Virus record (IMG/VR): IMGVR_UViG_2811995017_000004
Span: 62,001 to 126,000 of that record
Direction: 5' to 3' (one strand)
DNA length: 64,000 nucleotides
From: an uncultured virus (IMG/VR IMGVR_UViG_2811995017_000004)
Taxonomy: Duplodnaviria; Heunggongvirae; Uroviricota; Caudoviricetes
Shown here: positions 37,451 to 46,860 of the stretch, one piece after another
Numbering within the stretch: the first letter of the stretch is position 1
Layout of the letters: each line of letters opens with the position of its first letter
Position numbers and translations under genes: made by a program
The notes under the pieces: generated by a model
The model's database searches: none
The model's input: the letters and a program-made list of their open reading frames with translations, nothing else
What the model was told of the DNA's origin: nothing

Positions 37451-39121
37451 ATGGATAATCTCTCAAGAGCACAGAACAAAGAAAATGAAATTAAGATTGA
37501 GAACCTTAAAGGGAAGTTTTCTGGATTTGAAAAACACAGCCTTGACACAGAAAAAGAACTAAGGGTAACAATCGAGCAGCTTACAGATTTGATTAATTAT
37601 CACATAGATAATAAATCGAACCCTCATAATGTTACATCAGAGCAAGTCACCATTATCAGTGACCCATCACCATTTCAAGATGCTTCTTACTCTGGAGATA
37701 ACTATCCAATAGGAATTTCAACATTTCACCTCTCAACAGGTTCAGTTGGATATCCAAGTTCCTATGGTGAGTGTTTAAATGTAAAGACAACTAAATATCG
37801 ATTTGCACAGTTTTTCTTTCATGCTGGAAACCGTAATGATTCAAGAATTTATCTTCGTCACTGGTATCCATCTATTGGATGGACTGAATTTATAACTATC
37901 CCCTCTTCTTCTGATTTGGATTCTGCTTTAGCTTCTATGAAGGCTTACATAGATGCCCATGCGAATAATAAAGATAATCCACATAAAGTTACAAAAACAC
38001 AAGTCGGACTGTCTAATGTTGATAACGTAAAGCAGGCATCGAAGACTGATTTTGATAAACACAACTCAGACAACACAAGGCACATAACAGTTGATGAACG
38101 GACAAAATGGGACTCTGGGCAGCTCTTTAAAATGACCGACGATAATGGTAAGCCTTTTTATAAGGGAAGCAATGAGATAACAGACTATGACACACTGACT
38201 CAAACCGGTATGTATCTTATCTACAATGAAGGAGTAAATTCCCCTCCATCTTCGAACCGTGTGTTTTTAATGGTTATAAGCTTCGGGAACACGCTTGCTC
38301 AGGTTGCATATGAATCCTATAATGGAACGCAGTCTTTCTTTAGATTCAGAAAGAGTGATTCAACAACGTGGACACCGTGGCAGACACAAGAAACGACTTC
38401 GGGTGCACAAACAAAAGCAGATAAAATGTTGAGTGATGCTAAAGCTTATACAGATACTCATGCGAAAAATAAAATTCTGCACATTACTGATTCTGAGCGC
38501 GCAAAATGGAATAGCGGACAGCTTTATAAAATAACTGGTGATAACGGAAACCGAACAAAACTTCCTGACGGTACAGATTTGCTAACTTTACCTACTGGAT
38601 TTTATTATGCACAAGGTCACCTTGTACAAAACAATCCCGTACCAAACGATTTAAATTGGTTTAACTATGATGTCGTTGAAACTGGAATGGGGAGAAAAAC
38701 ATTTTTGGTTTGGCGTAGCTCCGATAATACCCTATGGCATTCAACTACTCATAATGATGGGGTTTTTAAAGGTTGGAAAAAAGTCTTAACTGACTCAGAT
38801 ATATTAGCAACATGGAACACGGTTACGTTAATCAATGGTGCAAAGCAAGATTCAGCTTATCCTCTGAAATTCTCTGTGGTTAATAACGTTATATGGCTAA
38901 GAGGCACTTTTGGTTCCTTACCTGCTATCGGAACAAACGTTGCAAAGTTTGCAAATACTCCCTCTCAATTAGTTGATATAGTTGTCCCTACTGTGGGCTC
39001 TTATGGAACTGCTCGATTTGCTTTTACTACAGAAGGATATCTCCGTTATGACGGGATAAACGCTAATGATCCTGCTAGTGTAACTAGGGTTTCCTTTAAT
39101 GTTGGAATTCCGCTATGGTAA
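37451..39121 (+). CDS. yomR: tail fibre-like protein with repeated modules
   Basis: Repeated H..NK.NPH.VT..QV and HIT..ER.KW.SGQL.K.T.DNG motifs; followed by XkdW/XkdX-like genes. Confidence 0.7.
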   Translation: MDNLSRAQNKENEIKIENLKGKFSGFEKHSLDTEKELRVTIEQLTDLINYHIDNKSNPHNVTSEQVTIISDPSPFQDASYSGDNYPIGISTFHLSTGSVGYPSSYGECLNVKTTKYRFAQFFFHAGNRNDSRIYLRHWYPSIGWTEFITIPSSSDLDSALASMKAYIDAHANNKDNPHKVTKTQVGLSNVDNVKQASKTDFDKHNSDNTRHITVDERTKWDSGQLFKMTDDNGKPFYKGSNEITDYDTLTQTGMYLIYNEGVNSPPSSNRVFLMVISFGNTLAQVAYESYNGTQSFFRFRKSDSTTWTPWQTQETTSGAQTKADKMLSDAKAYTDTHAKNKILHITDSERAKWNSGQLYKITGDNGNRTKLPDGTDLLTLPTGFYYAQGHLVQNNPVPNDLNWFNYDVVETGMGRKTFLVWRSSDNTLWHSTTHNDGVFKGWKKVLTDSDILATWNTVTLINGAKQDSAYPLKFSVVNNVIWLRGTFGSLPAIGTNVAKFANTPSQLVDIVVPTVGSYGTARFAFTTEGYLRYDGINANDPASVTRVSFNVGIPLW

Positions 39122-39133
39122 GGAGGGATTGAC

Positions 39134-39451
39134 ATGCATGTTCTTTTTTATGATAAAAATTTGATGTATGCTGGTGAAGGTGATATTGAAATAAACCTTG
39201 AAGCAGGTGAAGAAATGCCGCCGAATTGTACAACAACTTCGGTATCAGTAGATATCATCAATCCTAAATATGATCCTCAAAAAGACGTTTGGGTCGAAGC
39301 AGCTACACCGGAATATATTGAAAAAATAAAACCGACTAAACCTAATCCAAGTGAATTAGAATTGCTGAAAAGGCAAAACGCGTTACTCTCCTATCAACTA
39401 GCCCAGGTTCAAGCAGAAATTGAAAAATTGAAAGGTAGCGTTGCTACATGA
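39134..39451 (+). CDS. yomQ: tail fibre assembly chaperone-like protein
   Basis: P.YDP.K..WVE motif plus coiled coil; synteny. Confidence 0.65.
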   Translation: MHVLFYDKNLMYAGEGDIEINLEAGEEMPPNCTTTSVSVDIINPKYDPQKDVWVEAATPEYIEKIKPTKPNPSELELLKRQNALLSYQLAQVQAEIEKLKGSVAT

Positions 39452-39639
39452 AGTATCCTGACTATGCTGCAATTAAACAATTTTATGATTGGGGCTGCTA
39501 TGAAGACGATTCTATTATGAGAGATTACGTTGAGTGGGGTTATATCACTCCTGCTGAATATGAAGAGATTACGGGTAGAAGTTATGATAAACCATTCATT
39601 AATGTCAGTGTGGATTTAGGAACGTGTGTGACACCTTAA
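39448..39639 (+). CDS. yomP: XkdX-family protein
   Basis: IKQFYDWG.Y...YVEWGYITPAEYEEITG. Confidence 0.85.
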   Translation: MKYPDYAAIKQFYDWGCYEDDSIMRDYVEWGYITPAEYEEITGRSYDKPFINVSVDLGTCVTP

Positions 39640-39676
39640 TAAGTGTTTTTTATTTGGATTTAAAAAAGGAGGAAAT

Positions 39677-40162
39677 TTGATGACAACACAAAAATTAACG
39701 CTCAGTCATATTAAAGAGGATAATAAGAAATACAATGAGAAGCAAAGAATCGAATTGAATGATCAATATCATACTTACATTTATCCGAATTTCGATCCTA
39801 CAAGGATAAACAAGATGATTAAAACTCTCGTTAAAGACTATGTTGAGATCCAATCAAACAAAGGAGTTAAAACTGATTTAGGTGCTGGAGATTTAGCTTA
39901 TCTCTATACGGTTATTGAATTTAGTGATATCGCTGATATGCCCCAGACTTTAACAGCTAAAATTAAAATGCTTGAAGAAGTTGCTAAATCAGAGCACATT
40001 AGAACTATTCATGAAGCCTTCCCTAAAGAAAGTTTAAAAAAAGTTGAAGATGCTGCTAATGGTTTTGTTGATTTTATATCAAGAGCAGCAAATGAAAATG
40101 CAGACAAAATAAACGAAGACATCCTAAAAAAAGTTGAAGAGCTTACTAAAGAGGACAGCTAA
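39677..40162 (+). CDS. yomO: probable tail assembly chaperone
   Basis: Size and synteny. Confidence 0.65.
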   Translation: MMTTQKLTLSHIKEDNKKYNEKQRIELNDQYHTYIYPNFDPTRINKMIKTLVKDYVEIQSNKGVKTDLGAGDLAYLYTVIEFSDIADMPQTLTAKIKMLEEVAKSEHIRTIHEAFPKESLKKVEDAANGFVDFISRAANENADKINEDILKKVEELTKEDS

Positions 40163-40581
40163 TGGCGACTTACAAAGATCTCGCCATTTTAGTTCAAAAA
40201 GAAGCTTTAAAGGCCATCCAACAGTCAAATAGCAGCACAAAGCAAACATTAATCAAAACTGGGCAGGATCATGTTGAAACAGATGTTTACGATGTATACG
40301 ATCCCCTAGTTTACGAAAGGACACATGAGTTGAAAAGCTCTTTTGTAGCAGAAAATGAAGTAAACGGGATCTCATTGGATAACATTCGCGAAGATGATGG
40401 GCGTGACGTTGCAACGATTGTTGAAACTGGGCAAGGTTACACATATCCAGATGAACATGGTTATGGATATGGAAAACCAAGACCTTTCATGGCTAACACT
40501 GCTGAAGCTTTAAAGGATGGCCGATTAATTGAAGCTGTGTCCAAGGATGTGAACAGGCTTGGACATAAGACAATAAAATAG
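40162..40581 (+). CDS. yomN: HK97 gp10-like tail component
   Basis: YERT..LK.S and PRPFM motifs; 139 aa. Confidence 0.75.
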   Translation: MATYKDLAILVQKEALKAIQQSNSSTKQTLIKTGQDHVETDVYDVYDPLVYERTHELKSSFVAENEVNGISLDNIREDDGRDVATIVETGQGYTYPDEHGYGYGKPRPFMANTAEALKDGRLIEAVSKDVNRLGHKTIK

Positions 40582-40595
40582 TCGGTGGTGGATTA

Positions 40596-41597
40596 ATGGC
40601 AAAAGAAATTAAGAAAAATATGATACGCCCCCGTGCAAAGAAGCTGCCTGAAGTAACTGATGAAATGTGGTCTCAGGTTGATGAAGAGCACAGAAATTTA
40701 ACACAAGAATTTTTGGACGCTCACTCATTCCGTGATAAAACAAGAAAACAGTACACCTCTTCCCTTCGGCAATTCTTTTGGTGGGTGCATAATTCTCTAA
40801 ATGGAAAAAAATTATACAAAATCACTAAACGTGACTTCATTAAATATCAAAGTTTCCTAAAAAACAGAGGCATGTCTTCTAGTGGTATTGCGCTTAAAAA
40901 AGCTGGTGTTTCTTCTTTAAACAACTATATTGAAAATGTTGTAGCTGAAGATGATGACAATTATAAAACATTCAGGAACTTTACCCGCGGCCTCCCTGCT
41001 ATTCCTAAGACAGTCACTTATGAGAAAGTAAAGATTACATATGAAGACTATCAAACAATGATGAATACGCTTGAGGAAGATGAGAATTATTTGGGAATGG
41101 CCTGGCTTGCAACGGCTTTTAACGTAGGTGCCAGGAGAGCTGAAATCATTCAGTTTAAGACAGAAATCTTAGATTACCCTATCCCTGCCGGACAACCATA
41201 TGTGTTGTCACATAAAGTGTTTGGTAAAGGAGGCGGTGAAGGCAAGGTATTGGAATATATGATTAACACCGAAGCTCTAAAATATTTAAAGTTGTGGCAT
41301 GAAAAACGTGGATATGACCATGAATACCTCTTTACCACTACATACGGTGGACAACCAAAACAAATGTCAGAAACGTGGGCTGATTATTTTTGTTCTGATG
41401 TTCTGTCAGACATTCTTGGCCGTAGAATCAACCCTCACCTATTTAAAGCCTCTTGTATTACCTACTTACTCGAAGTCAAGAAAATCAAGATTGAACTTGT
41501 CAGCAAATACATCGCTCAACATGAGGATGTTTCCACTACAATCAAACATTATGATCTTCGTGATTTTAAAGAAGAAAAGAACCAAATATTTATGTAA
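40596..41597 (+). CDS. yomM: tyrosine recombinase
   Basis: GARRAE (Arg I), GKGG (Lys), NPHLFK, QHEDVSTTIKHY (Tyr); 333 aa. Confidence 0.9.
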   Translation: MAKEIKKNMIRPRAKKLPEVTDEMWSQVDEEHRNLTQEFLDAHSFRDKTRKQYTSSLRQFFWWVHNSLNGKKLYKITKRDFIKYQSFLKNRGMSSSGIALKKAGVSSLNNYIENVVAEDDDNYKTFRNFTRGLPAIPKTVTYEKVKITYEDYQTMMNTLEEDENYLGMAWLATAFNVGARRAEIIQFKTEILDYPIPAGQPYVLSHKVFGKGGGEGKVLEYMINTEALKYLKLWHEKRGYDHEYLFTTTYGGQPKQMSETWADYFCSDVLSDILGRRINPHLFKASCITYLLEVKKIKIELVSKYIAQHEDVSTTIKHYDLRDFKEEKNQIFM

Positions 41598-41736
41598 AAT
41601 CACTCTTTTATTCAAAATCAAGATCCCTTCCCTAGAGGGGGTTTTGCTTTTGAGTGAAATAAAAATTTTGTAAAAAAAGAAGGTATTTCCTCCTATTCTG
41701 TCGAATCGATTATTCATCAAGTTTTGGGAGGATCAA

Positions 41737-42414
41737 ATGCTTAAACCTGATTTTAGCAAGTTTAACAATTTATCAAATAATATTAAGGCTTCTGATTCAG
41801 AAAAAGTATGGAGAGAGTTTCTCCTCACATCTTTTAACTTTGTAAATCACTGTTCTTATAAAGTTAATGAAGATGAGCTGTCAGAAATAACAAAGAGCCT
41901 ACAGAACTGGATTCAAAGAAGGCGGTTTAATCAGTATAAGGAAAGGAACAATATAGTAACACCACAACAAGGGGAAATCTTTTTAGCCGATTTAGGACTA
42001 AATTTCGAATTTGCTTATTGTCATCCTGTTCTAATTCTCGATGAAATTGAAAACAAATTGATCGTGTTACCTGTTACATCAAGTCCTGACAAAGTGAAAG
42101 ATGCTTTTCATCCAATAACAAATCCTTCTGGACTTAAACGTTACAGGAGGGTTACTCCTGCTGATGGATTTGAATCTGAATCAGCTATTGTAATGGATGA
42201 ATTGAGGATTATAAGTAAAGGGCGATTATTGAATAAGATATCCTCTTTGAATGAAGATATTTATTTAGTGGGATCAATTTTTCAAGAAGTAATTGAAACT
42301 TCCTTTTCATTGCTTTATAGCTTACAGTATCAAAAAATCAATGACATGGAACAAGAAATTGCTGAACTAAGAGATGAAATAAAGGTTTTAAAAGAAAAAA
42401 ACCATCAAGTTTAA
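41737..42414 (+). CDS. PemK/MazF-fold protein with N-terminal extension and C-terminal coiled coil
   Basis: QGEIFLADLG...HPVLIL...IVLPVTS...S.IVMDELRIISKGRL. Confidence 0.8.
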   Translation: MLKPDFSKFNNLSNNIKASDSEKVWREFLLTSFNFVNHCSYKVNEDELSEITKSLQNWIQRRRFNQYKERNNIVTPQQGEIFLADLGLNFEFAYCHPVLILDEIENKLIVLPVTSSPDKVKDAFHPITNPSGLKRYRRVTPADGFESESAIVMDELRIISKGRLLNKISSLNEDIYLVGSIFQEVIETSFSLLYSLQYQKINDMEQEIAELRDEIKVLKEKNHQV

Positions 42415-42456
42415 AACAACCATTGACAAAATAAAAACTTAGATGTATTATAATAG

Positions 42457-42550
42457 TAACAAAAATGTTAATCGCTTTTTAAGAGTGCATCCTTACAGAG
42501 ATGCACCGATTAATAACCAATCCCACTTATCATTAAGTGGGATTTTATTT
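42457..42550 (+). ncRNA. putative small RNA downstream of the PemK-fold gene
   Basis: TTGACA(42423)-N17-TATTAT promoter, stems TTAATCG/CGATTAA and GTGCATC/GATGCAC, terminator AATCCCACTTA/TAAGTGGGATT. Confidence 0.6.
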
Positions 42551-42856
42551 TTATATTTGATCTAGGATAGCTAAAAGTTCCGGGTCATTAATTTTGAATA
42601 CTATAAATTGAATATAATCAATTTTGTTTGTGTCAGGGAAATGCAAAGTGGTTATAGTAAAGTTCGTAGCGTGTTTTCCAAAAAGTCCAGCAATACGCAA
42701 AGCGACGTCTACATTCTCAAAATCAATATCGAAAGATACAAACTCTTGATACTCTTGATTCACATAATAGTTCTTTATTTTTGTATCCTTTGGATTTGAA
42801 GGATTTGACGCAGAATTAAGAAGTTTCTTGAATTTCTCAGGATCGAAGTTCATCAA
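42551..42856 (-). CDS. hypothetical protein
   Basis: 101-aa ORF, GGAGG RBS. Confidence 0.75.
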   Translation of the reverse strand: MMNFDPEKFKKLLNSASNPSNPKDTKIKNYYVNQEYQEFVSFDIDFENVDVALRIAGLFGKHATNFTITTLHFPDTNKIDYIQFIVFKINDPELLAILDQI

Positions 42857-42962
42857 TGTTCAACCTCCAATATTTTGGTAATTAAAGTATAGCACATTGT
42901 CATATCCCCCTCTTTAAAATTTTCCACATTTGCCCGATAATAGGATCGAGGTGAATGATGGG

Positions 42963-43422
42963 ATGTTTAGATGGTGGATTAGGAAAAGGAATAAACTAAA
43001 AAAAGAGCCTGAAGATTTAGGAGAGGTATTGCTAACGTGGCCTGATGAAGAAATACAGAAATACATTAGAGATTATTTTGGTTATAGTTCAAACAAAAAC
43101 AAGAAAATCGAGCTTCAACGAATTAGACGGCTTGATTTAGATACAGTCATACTTGGTATCGCAAGGATGAAAGAAATCGAGGAGTCTTTCGACAATTCGA
43201 AGACAGTTCCCAGTTTAATTGCGGCAACTGTTTTTATGCTTACTCAAATTTTCAATTATTATACAGATGACGAAATGTATCGATTGTTCCTTATTCTGGT
43301 GTCTTACATTATTTTCTTCGTTTTTCTATTTGCCTATTAAAAATGGTAGTGATCATCGATCCCGAGCAGCTCAATATACGAGCTTACTGGAACAGGTGAA
43401 ATCGGAAAAAGAGAAACAGTAA
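42963..43422 (+). CDS. two-TM membrane protein, paralog of 44944-45417 (apparent frameshift in T-run near 43321)
   Basis: Shared RRLDLD..ILGIA/RGLDND..FYGIA, FD.SK and SLLEQVK.EKEK. Confidence 0.7.
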
Positions 43423-43497
43423 GCAAAAGAGGATACAGAAAACCACGCAGTCTGAATCGATGTTATAATTGAGGAAAATATTACTGGTGGTGAGAAA

Positions 43498-43872
43498 ATG
43501 ACTGAATTGAATGCAAAAGAAAGGGTTTTAGTCGCCCTTTATTTAGAATATCAAAAGGATTTACCTATGCTTGAAAATGTAGATGCAAACTGTTTAGGAA
43601 TGAGTCAGCAAATGTTTTACGAAGCAATTAAAAAGCTTGAGAACGAAGGATTCTTAAATAATGTTAAATATACGAAGCCATACGGCGTACTTTTGCAGTT
43701 TGCTTATCTCAGTCGCTTTGGAATAAATTATGTTGAAGAAAAATTGAAAATTGACGAACACCTTAGTAAACCTGAAAAACTTAAAGAGATAGCACGCAAA
43801 CTGGCTAAAGGTGGCTACAATGAAATAAAAGACATAGCAATAAAATTGGCAGCAGAATTACTTAAAAACTAA
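43498..43872 (+). CDS. YjcQ-like winged-helix protein
   Basis: LGMS...FYEAIKKLENEGFL...LSRFGINYVEE. Confidence 0.7.
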   Translation: MTELNAKERVLVALYLEYQKDLPMLENVDANCLGMSQQMFYEAIKKLENEGFLNNVKYTKPYGVLLQFAYLSRFGINYVEEKLKIDEHLSKPEKLKEIARKLAKGGYNEIKDIAIKLAAELLKN

Positions 43873-43964
43873 CCAAGGCATCCTAATGGGTGTCTTTTTC
43901 AATTTGAGATATGTGGTGAATTATCCAACATTTTTCTGTAAAATTAATTTAAAGGAGTGTCAGG

Positions 43965-44690
43965 ATGGAAAACTTTGTAGCAATTTTGATTTTTACTTTA
44001 CCAGGATTATTGAGTTATTTTTGGATACAGTTATTTGGATTACATCCAGCAAGTAAACATATAAACTTTGAGATAGCAGCAATAAGCGCAATTCTATGGT
44101 TCCCTGTTGGTATGGTTGTGCTTGGGATTTATCAGCTTGCCGCGAAAATTATTAATGCGAATTCGGTAAATAATCCTTGGTTATCTGTTCATACACTTAG
44201 TGACGTTCTCGAATTATCGAATAACCTTGGTTTCCTTGTTTACTTTGTGTCATTCAGTGTTATTTTTAGCTTTCTTTTCTCTTGGTTTGTATCAAGGTTC
44301 GCTTACAGATGGATGATCAGATTAGTGAATGTTGTGAGGAGAGGAAGTGGAACTGCTGAACTTTCAGATACAAGTACAGTATGGAATGAGACATTTTTAA
44401 AGAATGATGCTCAGCTCGTTTCATTTAGAAAAATTGATAATCCAGATGAAGTAATTTATGGAGAAATAAAAAAAGTGTCCAGACCTGTTGAATTAGAAAG
44501 GAATCTATTACTCTCTAATACAGAATACTGGACAGAACTTTTAAAAGACAATAAAGATGTTAGGGTACCATATGTATTCCTTGATACTAAGACAGGGTTT
44601 ATCATATCTATTTATAATACAGAAGATGCCCTGAAAGCCCATGAACAATACCTAGAAACACTTGAAGAAAGCGAAAACAGTGAAATTTAA
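43965..44690 (+). CDS. three-TM membrane protein (DUF6338-like)
   Basis: FTLPG, hydrophobic helices, TVWNETF, IYG.I motifs. Confidence 0.65.
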   Translation: MENFVAILIFTLPGLLSYFWIQLFGLHPASKHINFEIAAISAILWFPVGMVVLGIYQLAAKIINANSVNNPWLSVHTLSDVLELSNNLGFLVYFVSFSVIFSFLFSWFVSRFAYRWMIRLVNVVRRGSGTAELSDTSTVWNETFLKNDAQLVSFRKIDNPDEVIYGEIKKVSRPVELERNLLLSNTEYWTELLKDNKDVRVPYVFLDTKTGFIISIYNTEDALKAHEQYLETLEESENSEI

Positions 44691-44833
44691 TTCTTCTTTA
44701 TTTTCGGCGGATTTAATATTAATGATGGTTTATCGGCTGAATTTTGCTCATGTCTTGGTGTGTTCATTGCATTCTCAGTCGGTCTACTATCTGGTCTAAT
44801 TTCTGCTGCTCTGTTATCTGGTCTTTTTTCCAT
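44687..44833 (-). CDS. 48-aa hydrophilic peptide (below the ORF-track cutoff)
   Basis: AGGAG RBS; MEKRPDNRAAEIRPDSRPTENAMNTPRHEQNSADKPSLILNPPKIKKN; stop overlaps the convergent gene. Confidence 0.55.
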   Translation of the reverse strand: MEKRPDNRAAEIRPDSRPTENAMNTPRHEQNSADKPSLILNPPKIKKN

Positions 44834-44943
44834 AACAATCTCTCCTCGTTTGGTAATCATTCTAATCGTACCACAATTTTTGGGGGTTTCCCTCCCTCCT
44901 CTTTAAAATTTTCCATCTGTGTACGATAATCACCTTGAGGTGA

Positions 44944-45417
44944 ATGTGTGATATGTGGCCGTTTAGAAGAAAGAAAAACGATATAGACCTTGAAGATGTG
45001 AAAAGTTGGTCTAAAGAAGATACAAAGCACTTTTTCTTAACTGCATCGGATGAAGAATTCCATGTATTTATCGAAACTTGTTTTTCAGTTAAATCTGAAG
45101 GAAACTGTGTCGATATGTTAAACCTTTTAAGGGGTCTTGACAATGATGGATTATTTTATGGGATTGCAAAGGCAACAAAAGTTGAATCCCAATTTGATCA
45201 TTCTAAATACTTTGCGGCAATAGTTGCTTTGATAGGATTATCATTAAAACTTTACATGGAGATTAGTATTTGGTGGGCTTTGTTTGTGACTTCGCTTATA
45301 ACTGGAGTGTTGTTGAAAATGATTGCCAGAGAAACTAGAAGACGTGTAAGTGCTGTTTATTTAAAAAGCTTACTGGAGCAAGTTAAAACTGAAAAAGAGA
45401 AAGAAAAGGCGTCCTGA
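44944..45417 (+). CDS. two-TM membrane protein, paralog of 42963-43422
   Basis: Hydrophobic hairpin and shared C-terminus. Confidence 0.75.
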   Translation: MCDMWPFRRKKNDIDLEDVKSWSKEDTKHFFLTASDEEFHVFIETCFSVKSEGNCVDMLNLLRGLDNDGLFYGIAKATKVESQFDHSKYFAAIVALIGLSLKLYMEISIWWALFVTSLITGVLLKMIARETRRRVSAVYLKSLLEQVKTEKEKEKAS

Positions 45418-45457
45418 CGGATGTCTTTTTTATTTTGAAATTGAAGGTGAAAAGCCC

Positions 45458-45619
45458 ATGAACAAAAGTGAAGTTTTAGAAATATTCGAGAAGGTTCTTG
45501 AAGAGTGGTTTTCTGCTGAATTGATTCTTTTAAGCCAAGGTGGTGATGGTACTGATGACCTTGAAATTAGAAAAGAATTGTATAGGCAGCGTTTTATTGA
45601 GGCGTTGAGTGGAAATTGA
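45458..45619 (+). CDS. small hypothetical protein (53 aa)
   Basis: GAAGGTGA RBS, open frame. Confidence 0.5.
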   Translation: MNKSEVLEIFEKVLEEWFSAELILLSQGGDGTDDLEIRKELYRQRFIEALSGN

Positions 45620-45699
45620 TGAACCTCTCCTCTTCTAAAGAAGAATTAAAGAGAGTGAAAGCCCACTCCCTTTAAATGGCGTTGTTTAAGCAAAACTGT

Positions 45700-46635
45700 T
45701 TAAAATGGCAACTCAAAATAATGTGAATTTACAACCTCATATATTTCTTGTTTGACAACGGGGGCTAAATTGCGAAGCTCATCAAATATTGGCATAGGCA
45801 TTTTATACAACTTCACATTACCATATTCCGTATAATCTTTCGGCTCAATTAAACCTCTATCCAGAAAATTTTCTAAAACAGATTCATAATTATCTATTAA
45901 ATTACTCTTACCTAAAGATCTTTGATTCTCCCATTTTAAAATCATGTTCTTCGAATCATCCGCCATCCACCTAACTCCAAAAGAGCGATTCCCGGTCTCC
46001 AATATGTAACCAAGCAACAAAAATTCATTAACAGTTAGACTGCCGGAATAAATTAGATTTTTAAGGTTGACTTCTTCGATCTTTTTCTTCGTTAATTCCC
46101 TTTGAATAAATGCACTTTCTGGGTTGTTTCTTTTATATTCAACTACTTTATCGTATAGATGATCAATAACTTTATACTTGTCATAAGAACTGTATAGTCC
46201 AGTGTATTTCTTTTTAAATTCATCTACTCGCTTTAGCTCATCATAGTTAATTCCTTCTCGAGGAATGTCCTTGTCAACAAAGTAAATTAACACTTCTTTT
46301 TGTTGCTGTATAAAACTTTCGATTTCTTCAAGTGTTCCTGATGGGGCACTAGTAGTACGAGTCCCAAGTTTTGTCCAAAAAACACCTATTAAAATATCGC
46401 ATTTCTTCACAAGTGTTTCATTTATAATTCGCTGTGGCTCAATAGGATGGTATGTTGGTGCAACATCTTTTTCCCAGCGATTAGGCAGAAGTACAATGTT
46501 CAATTCTTCTGCAAAACGTCTGTTCCAATCAAAAATCGCATTTTCAATTTCGTCTCGTTGGCTTGATACATCGGAAGGTGATGCAATAAAAACCTGCAGT
46601 ACATCAGCTTTAAAACTCACAGTAATCAACTCCAC
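45700..46635 (-). CDS. DUF4062 (TIR/nucleoside deoxyribosyltransferase-like) domain protein with extra C-terminal domain
   Basis: VFIASPSDV..QR...RWE...PQ.IIN...CDILIGVFWTKLGT...SGTLEEI. Confidence 0.8.
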   Translation of the reverse strand: MELITVSFKADVLQVFIASPSDVSSQRDEIENAIFDWNRRFAEELNIVLLPNRWEKDVAPTYHPIEPQRIINETLVKKCDILIGVFWTKLGTRTTSAPSGTLEEIESFIQQQKEVLIYFVDKDIPREGINYDELKRVDEFKKKYTGLYSSYDKYKVIDHLYDKVVEYKRNNPESAFIQRELTKKKIEEVNLKNLIYSGSLTVNEFLLLGYILETGNRSFGVRWMADDSKNMILKWENQRSLGKSNLIDNYESVLENFLDRGLIEPKDYTEYGNVKLYKMPMPIFDELRNLAPVVKQEIYEVVNSHYFELPF

Positions 46636-46860
46636 TCTCTAAATCGTTTGCTCTCTATATAATGAACATCTCTAAGTGTTTACTTCACTGTTAAATTATA
46701 TCAGAAGAGGTGAATGTTAAACAGATTATTAAGGATTGGAAGTAATCCATCTTGTATTTAACGCAAAGTGAATATTGTTGGATTTAAACTATCCCCTTCC
46801 CTTTTGCTCAAGATAAACATTCCTGGGGAAGAAAATTGTGGTATAATTTAGGCATATTGT

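Noticed and set aside
40596..41597. YomM as the prophage integrase marking a prophage boundary
   Set aside because: It lies inside the tail operon with phage genes on both sides; SPbeta integrates through the serine recombinase SprA, which is not in this window
2544..43325. Frameshifts in several genes (near 2545, 6160, 12990, 19958, 20665, 30550, 43321) as prophage decay or programmed frameshifting
   Set aside because: Each is a single-base indel inside a homopolymer run, including in HU and the head scaffold gene, and the corrected frames are otherwise open. This is the signature of sequencing or assembly error; raw reads would decide.
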